Source: Planctomycetota bacterium | Lineage (GTDB): Bacteria > Planctomycetota > PLA2 > JAEUHO01 | Assembly: GCA_029259795.1 (NCBI GenBank) | Contig: JAJDEM010000264.1 | Coordinates: forward strand, 1-43,561 | DNA length: 43,561 nucleotides | Reading direction: 5' to 3' | Shown: piece by piece, positions 41,011-43,561 of the stretch | Position numbering within the stretch: position 1 is the first letter of the stretch | Layout: each line of letters opens with the position of its first letter | Notes under the pieces: generated by a model | Seen by the model: the letters and a program-made list of their open reading frames with translations, nothing else | Database searches by the model: none | Told to the model about the DNA's origin: nothing | Position numbers and translations under genes: made by a program

Positions 41011-41637
41011 TCAGATCTTGCGGTGCAGACGCAGTCCTTCGACCCCGTGGTTGGTGAGCAGGCAGGCGCCGCGGGAGGCGTAGGTCTCGAACAGCTCGTA
41101 GAGCAGCTCCTGCTCGCCGGGCCAGGGGTAGGCGAACACCAGGTCGAAGTCGTCGATGTCTACGCCGAGCTCGTCGTAGGCCGAGAGCGTGTCGGTGTCG
41201 AGCCAGGCGAACTCGTCCATGTCCTGCGGCAGGACGTCGGCGTCGTCGGGGATGAAGCTGCCGCAGGCGAACTCGACGTCCAACTCGTGGATCGTGGCCA
41301 GGTCGCGCGCATCCTCGACCAGGCTGGCGTCGACCTCGATGCCGGTGGCGGCGTAGCCAAGCTGGCAGCCCAACAGCGCGACGGCCCCCACGCCGCTGCC
41401 CCACTCGAGCAGCGCGTTGCCCGTGGTGAGGCCCTTCTGCAGCGTCCAGGCGAGTCCTCGGTAGATCGTGCTGAGGTCGCTCTGCACGAAGGCGACGACG
41501 GGCTCGTCCCGACTGCGCTCGTTGAACTCGGCGTAGCGCTCCTCGCAGTCGGCGATCAGGCGTTTCGTGGATTCCGGCAGCACGAGGCTGCCGATTCTCT
41601 CCTCGGTGGGCTGGGGCGTTACGTCCTCGAGCGGCAT
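41011..41637 (-). CDS. Class I SAM-dependent methyltransferase
   Basis: LEWGSGVGAVALLG is the Gly-rich SAM motif I, followed by the acidic IEVD. 208 aa, soluble. Confidence 0.8.
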   Translation of the reverse strand: MPLEDVTPQPTEERIGSLVLPESTKRLIADCEERYAEFNERSRDEPVVAFVQSDLSTIYRGLAWTLQKGLTTGNALLEWGSGVGAVALLGCQLGYAATGIEVDASLVEDARDLATIHELDVEFACGSFIPDDADVLPQDMDEFAWLDTDTLSAYDELGVDIDDFDLVFAYPWPGEQELLYELFETYASRGACLLTNHGVEGLRLHRKI

Positions 41638-41646
41638 GCCCCGGAC

Positions 41647-42252
41647 TTACCAGACGCCAGGCAGGAGCCGGTACGGAACACGGGCGCGGTAGCCCCGGTA
41701 GCGCTCGCTCGCGAGCAGGATGCGCTCCTCGGCGCCGATGCGCAGCGCGAAGCTCGCGAGGACCGCCACCATCAGCAGGGTTCCGGGGAGGAGGTCCAGC
41801 GCGAAGGCGCAGGCGGCCAGCATGAGCAGCTCGCCGAGGTAGGCCGGGTGGCGCACGACGGCGTAGGGGCCGCCGGTCACAACGTCGCGGAGCGCGGGCA
41901 GGACCGCGAAGCTTCGGCCGAGGCGGGCCAGGGAGACGAGCGCGAGGCCGGCACCCAGCAGGAAGAGCGCGCCGACCGCCGGTGCCCACGTGCCAGGGGC
42001 TGGGGCCAGCGCGCCGGCGACGAGCGCCACCACGAACGACGGCACGCTGCGCGCGATCTCACCCCGCGCGGCGTGGCGGCGCGCGGGGTGGCGGCGTGCG
42101 AACAAGCTGGCTGCCGCGCCGTGCAGGGCGGCCACCGCCACCGCGATGGGCAGGGCGTGGGCGGGCGCCGCGATCAGCCCGGCCAGGGCCCAGCCCGCAA
42201 AGGAGAGGGCCCACAGTCGATCGAGTCGCCGCTCGTGGGTGGGACTCAGCAT
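41647..42252 (-). CDS. ICMT/PEMT-family membrane methyltransferase
   Basis: Polytopic protein with C-terminal GGPYAVVRHPAYLGELL...GAEERIL, characteristic of the isoprenylcysteine carboxyl / phospholipid methyltransferase fold. Confidence 0.8.
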   Translation of the reverse strand: MLSPTHERRLDRLWALSFAGWALAGLIAAPAHALPIAVAVAALHGAAASLFARRHPARRHAARGEIARSVPSFVVALVAGALAPAPGTWAPAVGALFLLGAGLALVSLARLGRSFAVLPALRDVVTGGPYAVVRHPAYLGELLMLAACAFALDLLPGTLLMVAVLASFALRIGAEERILLASERYRGYRARVPYRLLPGVW

Positions 42253-42253
42253 G

Positions 42254-42679
42254 TCAATAGACCCAGAACGGCCAGTCGAAGATCCAGCTGAGCAGGTTGA
42301 TGAGCAGGAGGATGCCGATCCAGATCAGCCAGCCCGCGCCGTCGCCGCCGCTGTCCGTCTCCATGGCCCCGCTGCGGGCGCGCCGGGAGGCACCCCGCCG
42401 CGCCGCGATCTGGTCGGGCGTGCCCAGGGCTGTATCGACGAGCTCATGCGCCTCGTCCTCCGAGTAGCCGTGCGTCACCAGCTGCTGCCGCAGCGCGCCG
42501 CGTGTGTGGCCCGCATCTCGCTGCTCCTGCACCCAGGCAATGGTGGCTGCGACATCGTCCTGGGCCCCGCCGGGCACGACGACTTCGTTGCCGCATGCCT
42601 TGCAGGCGAAGCGCTTGCCTGCGTTCGCCGTGCTGGTGTTGTAGTTCTTGCCGCATGCACACTGTACGGAGATCGTCAT
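42254..42679 (-). CDS. Zinc-ribbon protein with C-terminal TM helix (141 aa)
   Basis: ATG 42679 gives MTISVQCACGKNY...FACKACGNEV (CxC...CxxC). A helical middle follows, then the C-terminal hydrophobic WLIWIGILLLINLLSWIF. The stop lies 1 nt before the ICMT start. Confidence 0.6.
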   Translation of the reverse strand: MTISVQCACGKNYNTSTANAGKRFACKACGNEVVVPGGAQDDVAATIAWVQEQRDAGHTRGALRQQLVTHGYSEDEAHELVDTALGTPDQIAARRGASRRARSGAMETDSGGDGAGWLIWIGILLLINLLSWIFDWPFWVY

Positions 42680-42729
42680 GCGCGCAGTGTAGCCAAGACG
42701 GCCCCTCGTGGGAAAGGCCCAGATGCGGC

Positions 42730-43561
42730 CTAGGGGCCCCTTGTGAGGCGTAGGAGCGTCACTTCGCCGCGGGAGGGTGACCGCATGGGAGGACCCCACC
42801 ACCCCGTACCGCGGTTCACGTAGACCTGCAGTCCGCCGAAGCGATGCAAGCCCGCGACGACCGGCTGGAAGAGATGGATGAGGATGTTCGCCGGAAAGAA
42901 CTGCCCCCCGTGCGTGTGCCCCGAGAGCTGGAGGTCGAAGGGCAGATCGCGGGCGGCATGCAGGGTTCTCGGCTGATGCGCGAGCAGGATCCGCACCGCT
43001 GCGGGCGGCGCGCCAGCGAGGGCTGCGGCGGGATCACTCGCGTGCGCTGCCTCGATGGCACCCGCGCGGTGGTCGTGGACGCCGGCCACGATCATGCGGG
43101 CTCCCTGTCGCTCGATGACCGCGTGGGCGTTGGGCAGCACCGTCAGCCCGAGTTCCGTCAGTGCCTCGAGCCAGGCGGGGGCGTCCCAGTAGTACTCATG
43201 GTTGCCGGTGACGAAGAAGCGTCCGTCCCGCGCGCGCAGGGCGCGCAGGGGCTCGAGCAAGGGCGCAATCTCGCCGACGCGACCGTCGACCAGATCGCCC
43301 GTGATCGCGATCAGGTCAGGCGTCAGCCCATTGACCATGGCGACGATCTCCGCGAGCCAGCTCTCGCCGAGCACCGGCCCCACGTGCAGGTCACTCACCT
43401 GAACGATGCGGTAGCCCTCGAGGGCGGCCGGCAGCTGCGCGATGACGATGTCGATCGCTTCCACGGCCGGGCCGCGCGCGGCCTGGGTGAGCCCGAGGGC
43501 GAGGGTCCCGCCCGCCGCGCCCCGCGCGGCCCGCCGGGAAAGGCAGCGCGCGGGGTTCGGG
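42730..43561 (-). CDS. Calcineurin-like metallophosphoesterase (YaeI-like), N-terminus beyond window end
   Basis: VSDLHVG, TGDLVDG, GNHE, LLAHQP, SGHTHGGQ. The frame stays open upstream of the track start (GTG 43464) to the window edge (..LSRRAARGAAGGTLALGLTQAARGPAVE..). That stretch looks like a Tat/TM leader, so the true start is probably outside the window. Confidence 0.85.
   Translation of the reverse strand, partial: PNPARCLSRRAARGAAGGTLALGLTQAARGPAVEAIDIVIAQLPAALEGYRIVQVSDLHVGPVLGESWLAEIVAMVNGLTPDLIAITGDLVDGRVGEIAPLLEPLRALRARDGRFFVTGNHEYYWDAPAWLEALTELGLTVLPNAHAVIERQGARMIVAGVHDHRAGAIEAAHASDPAAALAGAPPAAVRILLAHQPRTLHAARDLPFDLQLSGHTHGGQFFPANILIHLFQPVVAGLHRFGGLQVYVNRGTGWWGPPMRSPSRGEVTLLRLTRGP

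Noticed and set aside
40997-42291. N-terminal extension of track ORF 40343..41989 (548 aa) and plus ORF 41023..42291 (422 aa)
   Set aside because: The extension is off-frame read-through across the MTase and ICMT genes. The HAD protein begins cleanly at MRIDLIIFDCDG (ATG 40996). The plus ORF is antisense junk.
1-43561. Mobile elements, prophage, defence islands (RM, TA, CBASS, retron, DGR), tRNA/rRNA genes
   Set aside because: I saw no transposase, integrase, reverse transcriptase, nuclease-NTPase defence signatures, terminal inverted repeats or tRNA-like cloverleafs. Composition looks uniform apart from two short AT-rich operator patches. This is a by-eye assessment only; tRNAscan, Infernal and DefenseFinder should confirm it.

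Overview
High-GC (roughly 68-70% by eye) bacterial chromosomal window, densely coding on both strands. I support 35 protein-coding genes (two cut by the window edges), one 24-bp tandem-repeat array, two palindromic operator candidates and one candidate structured leader. I found no rRNA or tRNA, no CRISPR, and no transposase, integrase or phage genes. The gene content (Sel1 repeats, Ser/Thr kinase plus ECF sigma, PKD/choice-of-anchor-D secreted protein, giant NAD-GDH, BNR/sortilin-like protein) suggests a Myxococcota-like Gram-negative; that is inference only. Left to right the blocks are: Sel1 protein, SprT-like protein, peroxiredoxin and a large secreted protein; a DEAD-box helicase downstream of an RND adaptor/pump pair; a three-module HtrA-like protease divergent from a MoxR AAA+/VWA pair; a persulfide-dioxygenase-rhodanese-DUF2892 fusion divergent from an ArsR regulator; an orphan secreted protein; an arsRC(fusion)-gapdh-arsJ operon; the 1597-aa NAD-GDH; an esterase lipoprotein; a GT2/HEAT-like/BNR gene string; ybaN-MOSC; a Ser/Thr kinase plus ECF sigma; a cytidylyltransferase plus cupin; and a compact minus-strand operon (metallophosphoesterase?, Zn-ribbon, ICMT-like, SAM-MTase, HAD, secreted protein) ending in the tandem repeat. 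I do not see a textbook defence island or mobile element. The best candidates for something undescribed are: (i) the 24-bp array, which is an amplified stop-codon end of a gene; (ii) the one-active-plus-two-pseudo protease; (iii) two ATGAT-N6-ATCAT operators linking a sulfide-type and an arsenic-type ArsR locus around an orphan secreted protein; (iv) a structured 440-bp leader upstream of ybaN-MOSC; (v) the uncharacterised methyltransferase/HAD operon. Many long ORFs in the track are Arg/Gly/Pro-rich antisense shadows typical of high-GC DNA and are rejected.
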